64,000 nucleotides of DNA from Dehalococcoidia bacterium (GCA_963664725.1 OY761558.1:3075361-3139360); one strand, 5' to 3'; counted from the stretch's first letter, positions 18,091 to 27,671 are shown. Notes: a model not told the origin generated them from the letters alone. Numbers and translations: made by a program.

Positions 18091-18958
18091 GTAGGTCCTC
18101 CTCCAGGTTGAATTCTAGGGAAAACAGGTCGAATTACTTTCATTTCAGCCAGAATATTTCCTGTTCACCTCCTGAATGGGAAGGTACCCCTCTGCGAGGT
18201 TCGTGCTGTTATATAGTATTCATCACACACTGTCAATACGTATATAGCTTATGCTTCAGACGTTACAAGAGCAATATTGGTTCCAAAGCAAATAAGGCTA
18301 CGGATTATTATTAAATGTGCCCCGATGGGGATCTGAAACCGATCATTAGCAAAAGGGAATTCTGCAGGCCTGTACCGCGATACAGGACGAAATGGTCAAG
18401 GCAAAATTGATTATGGCGATAAATGATATACGCCAATCAAGAATGCCAGAAGTTAGGTCTCGGACCTCGGGGCGTGGGCGAGCGGACCAAGAAAATTGCA
18501 GGGAGTCTGCCGGCCGGCCGAGTGAGTTAGCTTTCCGCAATGAAAGATGCACTGGTTAGTTGTGCTGGGGGAGATAAGCTTGCCGGCAATGGGGCAACAT
18601 TACAAGGGAATGGGTTCAACCTGGTTTTTCGCCCAAAGCAATGTGCAAGACGCCTGTTGGACCAGTTTTAGACGCTGGAAGAGTCGGATTCGGGGAAAGG
18701 GGATAAGACGATACTGCGGGCCCCCACCTTGAGTACCTGCCGCAGGCCAGAATTATTGCGCTTTTGCAGAAGAAAGGCGCGAAGAGTTCAAGAATCTCAT
18801 GGCGGTGTCTCACCCATGTTTCTGTGCAACAACTGGACTGCATGGTGAGGATTCAGGTATCAGGACTAGCTCAAGGGGACACACCTGTTCGGCAAGATGC
18901 CATTACATTAACCAGCGCGAATGTAAGTGCGACCTACCTGTCCGGGAGTAATTTCAGG

Positions 18959-18987
18959 TTGACGCAGTTATAGCTGGCCTGTTAAAT
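18959..18987 (+). promoter_or_regulatory. Sigma-70-like promoter candidate for guaB3
   Basis: TTGACG, 17-nt spacer, TTAAAT, about 40 nt upstream of ATG 19028. RBS GAGGTG at 19015-19020. Confidence 0.35.
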
Positions 18988-19027
18988 TCTATAGATTAAA
19001 TCAACTGCATAAGCGAGGTGTGCTGGG

Positions 19028-20164
19028 ATGTCTAGACGCCTGTTCAAGGAACTGGAGCGTTCCTACGGCTTCGACGAAGTAGCTATTGTTCCCGGTGATG
19101 TGACCATCAATCCTGAATTGACATCCACCACAATGACCATTGGGGAATGCTCCTTTGACGCTCCCATGATGGCGTCTGCGATGGACGGCACGGTTTCGCC
19201 CAGGTTTGCCACCCTGATGGATGAGATGGGTGGTCTGGGGGTGCTCAACGGGGAAGGACTCTATTCACGTTACGAGGACCCTTATTCCATTTTGGAAGAA
19301 ATCACTTCCATGCCCCAGTCGGAGGTGACCCAATACCTTCAGCAGGTGTATGCCGAACCGATCAAGGACAACCTGATCGGGCAGCGGGTGGAGGAGATAA
19401 AGAGCGCAGGTTCGACCTGCGCGATTGCTTTTACCCCCCAGAACACCAAGCGGATGTCGCCGGTGGCGGTGGAAGCCGGGGCGGACTTAGTGGTAGTCCA
19501 ATCCACGGTAACTACGGCGCGTCACTATTCGCGAAGCTACCGGGGGCTGATCTTCGCGGAGTTGATCGAGTCGCTTAGCGTGCCAGTAGTGGTGGGCAAC
19601 TGTGTCACCTACGACGTGGCCATGGAGTTGATGGAAACCGGTGTGGACGGCATTCTGGTAGGCGTGGGTCCCGGCGCCGCCTGCACTACCCGGGAAGTCA
19701 CCGGGGTGGGCGTGCCGCAGGTAACCGCTACCCTGGAGTGTGCTGCGGCCAGGCAGGACTACTTTCACCGCACTGGCCGCTATGTCAACGTCATTACCGA
19801 CGGCGGCATTCGCACCGGCGGGGACTTCTGCAAGTCAATTGCCAGCGGGGCCGACGGCGTGATGGTGGGCACACCCTTTGCCCAGGCCGCCGAAGCGCCC
19901 GGCCGGGGTTACAACTGGGGCATGGCCAACGCCCACGCTGAGTTGCCTCGAGGCACCCGCATCAAGGTAGGAACCAAGGCGACGCTGAAGGAGATAATGT
20001 ACGGGCCCACTTCGGTCACCAACGGCACGCAGAATTTGGTAGGAGCATTGAAGGTGGCCATGGGAATGTGCGGGGCCTACACCATTCGGGACTTTCATCA
20101 GGCGGAGATGGTAGTTGCGCCATCTATCAAGACCGAAGGGAAGTTCTTCCAGTTGGGTGAATAG
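19028..20164 (+). CDS. guaB3: GuaB3-type IMP dehydrogenase-related protein
   Basis: The N-terminus [17 protein letters not shown]...[14 protein letters not shown] and the lack of a CBS insert are typical of the GuaB3 subgroup of the IMPDH/GMPR family. Confidence 0.8.
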   Translation: MSRRLFKELERSYGFDEVAIVPGDVTINPELTSTTMTIGECSFDAPMMASAMDGTVSPRFATLMDEMGGLGVLNGEGLYSRYEDPYSILEEITSMPQSEVTQYLQQVYAEPIKDNLIGQRVEEIKSAGSTCAIAFTPQNTKRMSPVAVEAGADLVVVQSTVTTARHYSRSYRGLIFAELIESLSVPVVVGNCVTYDVAMELMETGVDGILVGVGPGAACTTREVTGVGVPQVTATLECAAARQDYFHRTGRYVNVITDGGIRTGGDFCKSIASGADGVMVGTPFAQAAEAPGRGYNWGMANAHAELPRGTRIKVGTKATLKEIMYGPTSVTNGTQNLVGALKVAMGMCGAYTIRDFHQAEMVVAPSIKTEGKFFQLGE

Positions 20165-20262
20165 CCCTTCTGCCTGTTACGCGGCAGCGAATTTTTGCCC
20201 AGCAAGAGGGGATTAATAACAGTCAGCAAATTTTCTAGCGAATCCCAGGGAGGTAAAGGGAA

Positions 20263-20805
20263 ATGGTTCTGGCAAACGGGACTATTCAGATACTGGACCC
20301 GCGCCCGGAGGGAGTGCCTGAAGAACGGGGCATAAGCGACGAGATTCCCAGCCTGGAAGGGAAAGTGGTAGGCCTGCTTGAGAACCGGAAATATCACGCA
20401 GATTCTTTTCTGCTGGAGTTGCAGCGGGTGCTGGAGGAAGAGTACAAAGCCAAGAAGGTGGTATACGCTTCCAAGTTCACTTTCAGCATGCCCTGTGCCG
20501 ACGAGACCATAGACAATTTAGTGGAGGAGTGTGACGCCGTTGTGCACGGCATAGCCGATTGAGGCTCCTGCACGGCGTGGGGTCTCCACGACACGGTAGT
20601 AACTGAATCTCGCGGGGTTCCGTCGGTCAGCGTTATAACCAGCGCATTCACCCGGGCGGCGCACGCCCGGGCCGCTTCCCTGGGAATGCCTGGGGTGCGA
20701 ATAGTGGTGCTGCCCAGCCCGCTGGCCTCCCGAAGCGTGCCGGAGGTACAGCAGCTGGCCCACGAGTACGCCGAGGAAATTGTCGGACTGCTTACCAAGG
20801 GCTAA
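20263..20805 (+). CDS. UGSC-type selenoprotein: 180 aa with Sec encoded by in-frame UGA at 20560-20562
   Basis: The track ORF 20263..20562 ends ...VVHGIAD at TGA. The same frame stays open for 80 more codons (GSCTAWGLHDTVVTESRGVPSVSVITSAF...EIVGLLTKG) to TAA 20803-20805. A SECIS-like hairpin starts 6 nt after the UGA. The motif U-GSC matches the name-giving motif of the 'UGSC family (seleno)protein', recalled from memory. Confidence 0.75.
20568..20599 (+). promoter_or_regulatory. Bacterial SECIS-like stem-loop downstream of the recoded UGA
   Basis: Lower stem CUGC/GUAG, then CG/CG. Apical stem CGUGG/CCACG (20576-20580 with 20586-20590). The apical loop GGUCU (20581-20585) begins with the 7th codon after UGA. 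As I recall it, the E. coli fdhF SECIS has the same loop sequence and spacing. Confidence 0.55.
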
Positions 20806-20838
20806 AATAGCGGCTGATGGCAGGTGTTTAATTGTTTT

Positions 20839-20873
20839 CGCCGGAGTCAATGGCTCCGGCGATTATATTGTTA
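20839..20873 (+). terminator. Terminator-like hairpin after the selenoprotein gene
   Basis: CGCCGGAG-TCAATGG-CTCCGGCG followed by a U-rich tail, ATTATATTGTTAT. Confidence 0.4.
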
Positions 20874-20905
20874 TGAAAAATTCAGAATGAATCAGGAGAT
20901 AGGAA

Positions 20906-21598
20906 ATGCAAACTGCAATCGAATTTGAAGCCAGTTATGCCATGCTGACCGTGGCGCTGGAAGCTGGCGAAAGCATCAAGGCGGAACCGGGGGCAATGGT
21001 GGCCCAGGAAGGAGTGGAGATGAAGACCGGCTCCGCCGGCGGAGGAATATTCGGGGGAATCCGGCGAATGATGGGCGGAGAGTCCTTTTTCATTAATACC
21101 TTCACCGCCCAGCGCGGCGGGGGGCAGGTATGCCTTGCTCCCTCCACACCCGGTGACATAGGGTCCTTCACGTTGCCGCCGGGCCGAAATCTGTTCATTC
21201 AGGGCAGTTCCTTCCTGGCCTGCACCGACAGTGTACAGACAGATTCCCAGTTCCAGGGTTTCCGAGGCATGTTCAGCGGCGAGAGCCTCTTTTTTCTGCG
21301 GGCGTATTCAGAGCGGGGAGAAGGGACCGTATTCTACAACTCCTACGGAGCCATCAAGCGGCTGCCGGTGGAACCCGGCAAGGAACTGGTGGTAGACACC
21401 GGGCACCTGGTGGCATTCAGCGACGACGTTGAATATTCCATAGGAAAAGTGGGCGGCATCCGGTCGCTCATTGGCGGCGGTGAAGGCCTGGTAATGAAGT
21501 TCAAGGGCAACGGCCAGGTGTGGATACAAACGCGCAACCTGGCGTCCCTGGTGGAGAAGATTGTGCCGTTCCTGCCCACACCGAATCGGGGGCAATAA
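20906..21598 (+). CDS. AIM24/TIGR00266 (DUF124) family protein
   Basis: AMLTVALEAGESIKAEPGAMVAQEGVEMKT...GGESFFINTFTA...GEGTVFYNSYGAI is characteristic of the AIM24 family. Confidence 0.8.
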   Translation: MQTAIEFEASYAMLTVALEAGESIKAEPGAMVAQEGVEMKTGSAGGGIFGGIRRMMGGESFFINTFTAQRGGGQVCLAPSTPGDIGSFTLPPGRNLFIQGSSFLACTDSVQTDSQFQGFRGMFSGESLFFLRAYSERGEGTVFYNSYGAIKRLPVEPGKELVVDTGHLVAFSDDVEYSIGKVGGIRSLIGGGEGLVMKFKGNGQVWIQTRNLASLVEKIVPFLPTPNRGQ

Positions 21599-21600
21599 GA

Positions 21601-22668
21601 ATGAACCCGTTGACTATTCAGTCTCGGCGTGTGGAAGTCCCTGCGGACTTTGATGCCGTACAAGACTATTATGAACAGCAGGGGTGGACTGACGGGTTGC
21701 CGGTGGTTCCGGCGACGGAAGACCTGGTTCGGAAAATGCTACTGCCCTACGGCCAGGACCCGTCTACCAGTCTGGGAGTGGTGCAGCCCCGGAATGCCGA
21801 GGTTACGCTGGAGAAGGTTGCCATTAATGCCGTAATGGCAGGGTGCAAGCCCGAACATTTTCCCGTGGTGGTGGCGGCCGTGAAGGCAGCTATGCAACCC
21901 GACTTCAACATAGCCGGCGTGCAGGCCACGACCGGTGGCGCGGCGCCGGCAGTCATAGTCAACGGCCCTGTCGCGCAGGAACTGGGGATTAACGGCGATA
22001 CCGGGTGCTTTGGTCCGGGCTACCGGGCCAACGCTTCCATCGGCAGGGCATTGCGCCTGTTTATCCGCAACGTGGCCGGCCTGGTGCCCGGGGAGATGGA
22101 CAAGGCGACGCTGGCGCTGCCGGCGCGGTACACCTTCTGTTTCGCGGAAAACGAGGCCCGCAGTCCGTGGGAGCCTTGGCACGTGGAGCTGGGCCTGGAT
22201 CCGTCTGCCAGCATGGTTACTGTGATGGGTGTGCGGGGGATGTACGTCATCATGGAGAGCACCTCGCCGACGGGCATCCAGGTTCTGCGGACGCTGGTGG
22301 ATTCCATCCGCACCACCGGCTTTTCCAACTACTATCAGACTGGCACGGGGGCGCAGATGGCGTTGGTGCTGTGCCCCGAACATGCAGAGGAAATCCACGC
22401 TTCAGGGCTTTCGAAGCAGGACGTGAGGGAGTACGTGTTCCAGAATGCCCGGATGCCTCTGCGCAGGCTGAAGGGAATAGCCCATTACGGCAACCGCAAT
22501 TGGCCCAAGTGGATTGATGAGTCTGATCCCGATGCGATGGTCCCGATATTAGGTTCGGCGGACGACCTGCTGGTGATGGTGGCGGGCGGCGATGGCCGGC
22601 ACTCGGCGTGGCTGGCTGGATGGGGAGTAACCCGGAGGACCACGCAGGTGATAGAAGAGCCACAGTGA
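21601..22668 (+). CDS. Conserved-looking protein of unknown function (355 aa)
   Basis: ATG 21601 lies 2 nt after the AIM24 stop. The amino-acid composition is balanced and the motif QQGWTDGLPVVPAT lies near the N-terminus. I cannot recognise a family. The track start at 21520 would overlap the AIM24 gene and is rejected. Confidence 0.65.
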   Translation: MNPLTIQSRRVEVPADFDAVQDYYEQQGWTDGLPVVPATEDLVRKMLLPYGQDPSTSLGVVQPRNAEVTLEKVAINAVMAGCKPEHFPVVVAAVKAAMQPDFNIAGVQATTGGAAPAVIVNGPVAQELGINGDTGCFGPGYRANASIGRALRLFIRNVAGLVPGEMDKATLALPARYTFCFAENEARSPWEPWHVELGLDPSASMVTVMGVRGMYVIMESTSPTGIQVLRTLVDSIRTTGFSNYYQTGTGAQMALVLCPEHAEEIHASGLSKQDVREYVFQNARMPLRRLKGIAHYGNRNWPKWIDESDPDAMVPILGSADDLLVMVAGGDGRHSAWLAGWGVTRRTTQVIEEPQ

Positions 22669-22737
22669 GACCCATAGAGCGCAGGTTGCCTGGCGGGTAT
22701 TAAAACCTTCCGTGGCAAGTGTAGGACGAAACGCGCC

Positions 22738-22773
22738 GGCCCCGCAGGATATTCCTGCGGGGCCCTTCTTTTT
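22738..22773 (+). terminator. Intrinsic terminator after the AIM24/unknown pair
   Basis: An 11-bp perfect stem GGCCCCGCAGG/CCTGCGGGGCC with a 5-nt loop, followed by CTTCTTTTT. Confidence 0.8.
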
Positions 22774-23042
22774 GATCGTCAGGAGGCATATCGGATGCCA
22801 CTAAGAGACGGTTGGACTGCCATTGTTTCATCATAAGGATTGATAATAAAGTCTGTTGATGAGTGAACCTCATCACAAAGTTCTGACAATATATTGGTAT
22901 TATTGATAGAACATATATTGACTAAGCAGCAATTTTGCTCTATATAGACGGGTACGGGGACAGAAGCAATGAGTTTTGTGCCTTGATATTTTCTTGATAT
23001 CCATCCTTTAGAATAGAGTTATAAAGAAAAGAGATAAAGCTA

Positions 23043-23071
23043 TTGACTTGAAGGGTGAAACATAATACTAT
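23043..23071 (+). promoter_or_regulatory. Sigma-70-like promoter candidate in an AT-rich spacer
   Basis: TTGACT, 17-nt spacer, TACTAT, about 28 nt upstream of ATG 23099. Confidence 0.4.
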
Positions 23072-23098
23072 ATATCTATCAAAGGCATGGAGGCAGAG

Positions 23099-23356
23099 AT
23101 GATTGACGAGCAGGCCACCGGTTTAAGCCCTTCTGACAGTATCATTGAGGATTGCAGTCACCACTGGGTAATCCAGGACGGGGACGGCCCGACCAGCGCC
23201 GGGGTTTGCCGCCTGTGCGGCGAGTTGAAGCAGTTCAGAAATTACCTGGAAGCGTCCCACTGGGGAGACGATAAGTCCAAGAGCGACCCCCGCACCAATT
23301 TGCTGGGTAGGCCGTCCAGGGCCCGAGTGATATTGGAGGACGACGACGATTTCTAG
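23099..23356 (+). CDS. Small zinc-ribbon-like protein (85 aa) with an acidic C-terminus
   Basis: GGAGG at 23090-23094 precedes ATG 23099. Putative metal ligands are C-x-HH...C-x2-C (CSHHWVIQDGDGPTSAGVCRLCG). No family was recognised. Confidence 0.45.
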   Translation: MIDEQATGLSPSDSIIEDCSHHWVIQDGDGPTSAGVCRLCGELKQFRNYLEASHWGDDKSKSDPRTNLLGRPSRARVILEDDDDF

Positions 23357-23966
23357 TGCGGCAAGTGCTAGCCTGGGTCAGCCAGCCTGACTAGAAAATG
23401 CCGGGGATCCGGCCCCGGCATGGTTGAGGTAAATAAAGGGTAGCTATCCGCGAGCAAAGTGCGGGCCGGGATTGGGCAGCAAGGAGAAAAATTTTGGGCC
23501 GTGGCTCTGTTACCAGGAAGCCACGGCCCAACTGATGCCTGGTTCGGGTGTCAGTCCGGCGGGGCGGGATGCTGAATCGCAGAATCACGGCCCTGCGGTC
23601 GGCCATGAGCCCTGGGCTCTTCCGTGTCAGGATCCCGGGAGAGCCCTGATTGTGCAGAAAACAGCGAGTCCGCGCTTATAGGAATCAGAGGAGGCCATGC
23701 TGACAGAAAATTTAGGGTACCTTAAATCCTATAACACTGTGCTGCCCGCCCGGCGATGAAACCCCGGTATCCCCGCAACTATTATCCTTCGCACTCGGTT
23801 TTCTCTTCGTTATCCCATACGGGAACGAGTCCCTATCTGCGGATACGCAAAGCCACAGAACATTCACGAAATCCCCCAATTCTGTAAGCTTGCCGAAATG
23901 CCGGACGGTGTATTATGTTCAATCATTAGTTCATTAAGAAGCTCTTCTCACGGAGGCCCTCACCCG

Positions 23967-26900
23967 TTGTTCACCCACCTGCACACCCACACCGAATACA
24001 GCATGCTGGATGGCATCAGTCGCATTCCCGACCTGGTGTACCAGGTCCGGGACATGGGAATGGAGTCCCTGGCCATTACCGACCACGGCAACCTCTATGG
24101 TGTGGTGGACTTCTACTCCGAGTGTAAAGAAGCGGGGATCAAGCCCATCATTGGTTGTGAAGTCTACGTGGCACACCGTAGCCGACATGATCGCAATGCC
24201 TCGGAGCGCAGCCCCTACCACCTGGTGCTATTGGCGAAGAACAATACCGGATACCGGAATTTGATGCAGTTGGTGACCAGGGGGCACCTGGAAGGCTTTC
24301 ACTACCGTCCACGCATAGACTGGGAACTGCTGCAGCAATACCACGAGGGGCTGATCTGCATGTCCGGGTGCGCCTCGGCCGAGGTGCCCAGGCTGCTCGC
24401 CGACGGCAGAGGGGAAGAGGCCCGCCAGAAGATGCTCCAGTACCGGGAGTTGTTTGGCGACGGTTATTTCTTGGAGCTGCAGCGCCATGAGCACGTGGAG
24501 CAGTTGCCGGATATTAATGACGGGTTGACGCGCCTGGGCAGGGAGTTGGAAATCCCCCTGGTGGTTACCAATGATTCCCACTATGTCCGCCAACATGAGG
24601 CCCCCTTCCAGGACCTGTACATCTGCATCCAGACAAATACCACGGTCCAGGACGAGAAACGGCTGCGGATGGAGGACAACTCCTACTACGTGAAGAGTCC
24701 GGCGGAGATGGAGCACCTGTTCTCGGACTATCCGGAAGCGCTGACCAATACCCAGCTTATCGCTGATATGTGCCATGTGGAACTGGGCTTTGGTCAGACC
24801 CACCTGCCCAAGTTTCCCACTCCTAACGACATGCCGGCCGACGAATACCTGGCTCAGCTTTGTTGGGAGGGCTTTCGCCGTCGCTATCCCCGGGCAACTC
24901 CGGAGGCCGAGGAGCGGTTGAAGTACGAACTGGAGGTAATCCGCCACACCCAGTTTGCCAACTACTTCCTGGTGGTCTGGGACATCTGTGACTTCGTCCA
25001 TCGAAACAGCATAATGTTCGGAGTAAGGGGGAGCGCAGCCGCCAGCGTGGCCCTGTACTGCCTGGGCATAACCGACGTGGATCCCCTGGAGTACCGCCTT
25101 GTTTTCGAACGGTTCCTCAACCTGGAACGGAAGGAAATGCCTGATATCGACATGGACTTTCAGGATGACCGGCGGGACGAGGTGCTCCACTACGTTATAG
25201 ACCGGTACGGCAGCGACCGCGTGGCACAGATAATCACGTTCGGCACCATGGGCGCCAAGGCTGCCCTGCGGGACGTAGGCCGCAGCCTTGGCATGAGCTA
25301 CGGGGACGTGGACCGCATAGCGCGGATGGTCCCCTTCAAGACCCGTACCCTGGATGATGCCCTTCGGGTGAACCCGGAATTGACCAATACATACGAGGCG
25401 GACAACGCCGTCCATAACCTGGTGGACAACGCCAAGGGACTGGAAGGCATAGTACACCACGTCAGCACCCACGCCGCCGGGGTTTTGATCGCGGACGAGC
25501 CCTTGACGGAAACGGTGCCCCTGCAACGTCCTGCCCGGGGTGACGAAAACAGTCCGGTGCTGATGACGCAGTATTCCATGGATCCGGTGGCCAAGCTGGG
25601 TCTATTGAAGATGGACTTTCTGGGACTTACCAACCTGACCATCCTGGATCGGGCCACCAAGCTGCTGGACGAAACCCAGGGCATCAAGATTGACGTGTCC
25701 CGCCTGCCCCTTGACGACAAGGAAACCTTTGACCTGCTGTCCTCTGGCAAGACTACCGACCTGTTCCAGTTGGAAAGCGCGGGGATGCAGCGGTACATCA
25801 AGGAATTGAAGCCTTCCAACCTGGGCGATATCGCTGCAATGATTGCCCTCTACCGACCCGGGCCCATGGAGCATATCGACACGTTTATCGAAGCCAAGCA
25901 CGGACGCAGGGGCATTACCTACCCCCACCCGAGCCTGCAGGAACTTCTGGACGAAACCTACGGGGTAATCGTGTACCAGGACCAGGTGTTGCTGATATTG
26001 CAGCGGTTCGCAGGTTACACTCTGGGAGAAGCGGACACCGTCCGAAAGGCCATGGGCAAGAAGATCGCCTCACTGATGGCCGAGGAGCGCGACCGGTTCA
26101 TAGACGGCGCCCTGGGCAAGGGCTTCGATCGTCCCCTGGCCACCCAGGTGTTCGACTTGATTGAGCCCTTTGCCGGCTACGCCTTCAACAAGGCCCACAG
26201 CGTCAGCTATGCCCTGATCTCCTACTGGACGGCATATTTCAAGGCCCACTATCCCCTGGAATACATGTGCTCGGTATTGAACTCCCGCCTGGACAATACT
26301 GACCGCATCGTCAGTTCCATCAACGAATGTTCCAAGCTGCAGATTCCGGTGTTGTTGCCGGACATCAACCGGTCGGGGGAGTTCTTCACCATCGACAAGG
26401 ACAGCGGCACCCTCCCAAGCCTGCGGTTTGGCCTGGCCGCCATCAAGACGGTGGGAGAAGGGGCAGTGAAGCCCCTGGTGGCTGAGAGGCTCGAGAACGG
26501 TCCTTTCGAGTCCATAGACGATTTCTGCAGGCGGGCGGACGTGAGCGGACTGAACCGCCGCACTCTGGAGAGCCTGGCGAAGGCAGGAGCCTTCGATAGC
26601 CTGGGATCTCGGGGGGCCGTGCTTACCGCCCTGGACCAGATAATGGCCACGGCGCAACTGGAAACCCGTACCCGCAACTCCGGCCAGACCAGCCTGTTTG
26701 GTGGGATGGAGCAGACCGATGCGCCTCAAATGGCGGGGGTTTTGCTCAGCGGTCTGGACATTTCCGCGGAAGAAAAGGCAGCATTGGAGAAAGAATTGCT
26801 GGGGGTCTCGCTGTCATACAATCCGTTGATGGCCCTGGCTGGCGCAGACGTGGGCGACGGCATAAACTCCATAGACCAACTGGACGAAGACATGCAGGGG

Positions 26901-27671
26901 CTGACCTACACCCTGGTGGGTCACGTGGCCTCGGTGACGGAGCGGTACACTCGGGAGCAGAAAAAGTTCCTGGTGGTCAACTTCGATCTGCTGGGCGGAC
27001 AGGTGGAAGCGCTGGTCTGGCCCGATGTGCTTGAACGGACGGCAGATATGTGGGTCACGGGCAGGCTGCTTAAAGCCACTGGTAAGTTGCGCCTCCGTGG
27101 TGATGGGTTTTCCCTGGCCTGTGAGCAGGTTTCGGCTTTCGTGCCCGTGGCTAATCCACCGGAAGAACCGCAGTCTGGCTTTCCACCCACGATCAGGGAA
27201 ACTCCGGCCCCTGCCGCCCCGAATGGCCAGTCAAACGGCGTCAAAGGCAACAGCCCTCCTAGTCCTCGCCGGAGCGGCGGAAACGGTAACGGCAACTACC
27301 GTCACCAACCTAATGGTTCCTATCGACCTCGTATCAACGGAAACGGCAATGGAGTCGGATACGGGGAAGAGACTACCGCTGTTTCTTTGCCCGCCTCCCG
27401 TGCGGTGTATGTGGGAATAACCGAATCCGAGGATCCGGTGGAAGATGCTCACCTGCTCAGAGAGGTTATTGCCCTGTTGCTGGAATACCCCGGCAAGGAC
27501 CGTGTCAACCTGGAAATTTACACCGATGGCCGCCGGGTTGTGCTGGACCTGCCGGTAGTGAGCACGGGCTATTGCGTCGAGATGCGGGATCGGCTGGAAG
27601 GACTGCTGGGCGCCAATTCGGTTGCGCTGCAAGGTGCAGATGAGGCGGGGTCAGACACGGTCCCCTTCTAA
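23967..27671 (+). CDS. dnaE: DNA polymerase III alpha subunit
   Basis: PHP domain start FTHLHTHTEYSMLDG, then the polymerase core, an OB fold and a C-terminal extension. The likely start is TTG 23967, which gives MFTHLH...; the longest ORF starts at ATG 23898. Confidence 0.95.
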   Translation: MFTHLHTHTEYSMLDGISRIPDLVYQVRDMGMESLAITDHGNLYGVVDFYSECKEAGIKPIIGCEVYVAHRSRHDRNASERSPYHLVLLAKNNTGYRNLMQLVTRGHLEGFHYRPRIDWELLQQYHEGLICMSGCASAEVPRLLADGRGEEARQKMLQYRELFGDGYFLELQRHEHVEQLPDINDGLTRLGRELEIPLVVTNDSHYVRQHEAPFQDLYICIQTNTTVQDEKRLRMEDNSYYVKSPAEMEHLFSDYPEALTNTQLIADMCHVELGFGQTHLPKFPTPNDMPADEYLAQLCWEGFRRRYPRATPEAEERLKYELEVIRHTQFANYFLVVWDICDFVHRNSIMFGVRGSAAASVALYCLGITDVDPLEYRLVFERFLNLERKEMPDIDMDFQDDRRDEVLHYVIDRYGSDRVAQIITFGTMGAKAALRDVGRSLGMSYGDVDRIARMVPFKTRTLDDALRVNPELTNTYEADNAVHNLVDNAKGLEGIVHHVSTHAAGVLIADEPLTETVPLQRPARGDENSPVLMTQYSMDPVAKLGLLKMDFLGLTNLTILDRATKLLDETQGIKIDVSRLPLDDKETFDLLSSGKTTDLFQLESAGMQRYIKELKPSNLGDIAAMIALYRPGPMEHIDTFIEAKHGRRGITYPHPSLQELLDETYGVIVYQDQVLLILQRFAGYTLGEADTVRKAMGKKIASLMAEERDRFIDGALGKGFDRPLATQVFDLIEPFAGYAFNKAHSVSYALISYWTAYFKAHYPLEYMCSVLNSRLDNTDRIVSSINECSKLQIPVLLPDINRSGEFFTIDKDSGTLPSLRFGLAAIKTVGEGAVKPLVAERLENGPFESIDDFCRRADVSGLNRRTLESLAKAGAFDSLGSRGAVLTALDQIMATAQLETRTRNSGQTSLFGGMEQTDAPQMAGVLLSGLDISAEEKAALEKELLGVSLSYNPLMALAGADVGDGINSIDQLDEDMQGLTYTLVGHVASVTERYTREQKKFLVVNFDLLGGQVEALVWPDVLERTADMWVTGRLLKATGKLRLRGDGFSLACEQVSAFVPVANPPEEPQSGFPPTIRETPAPAAPNGQSNGVKGNSPPSPRRSGGNGNGNYRHQPNGSYRPRINGNGNGVGYGEETTAVSLPASRAVYVGITESEDPVEDAHLLREVIALLLEYPGKDRVNLEIYTDGRRVVLDLPVVSTGYCVEMRDRLEGLLGANSVALQGADEAGSDTVPF

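Noticed and set aside
18700-19027. Purine/guanine or ZTP riboswitch upstream of guaB3.
   Set aside because: None of the conserved cores I remember (the purine three-way-junction motifs or the ZTP GGGUCG...CCGCCUGGGC) are present.
20394-20798. 134-aa minus-strand ORF covering the region downstream of the TGA at 20560.
   Set aside because: The plus-strand read-through frame gives a coherent protein continuation with a SECIS-like hairpin. The antisense product is Ser/Thr/Ala/Arg-rich and has no recognisable motif.
22780-23090. AT-rich spacer next to dnaE as a possible replication origin.
   Set aside because: I found no cluster of DnaA-box-like 9-mers (TTATCCACA and near variants). A promoter for the downstream small ORF explains part of the AT-richness.
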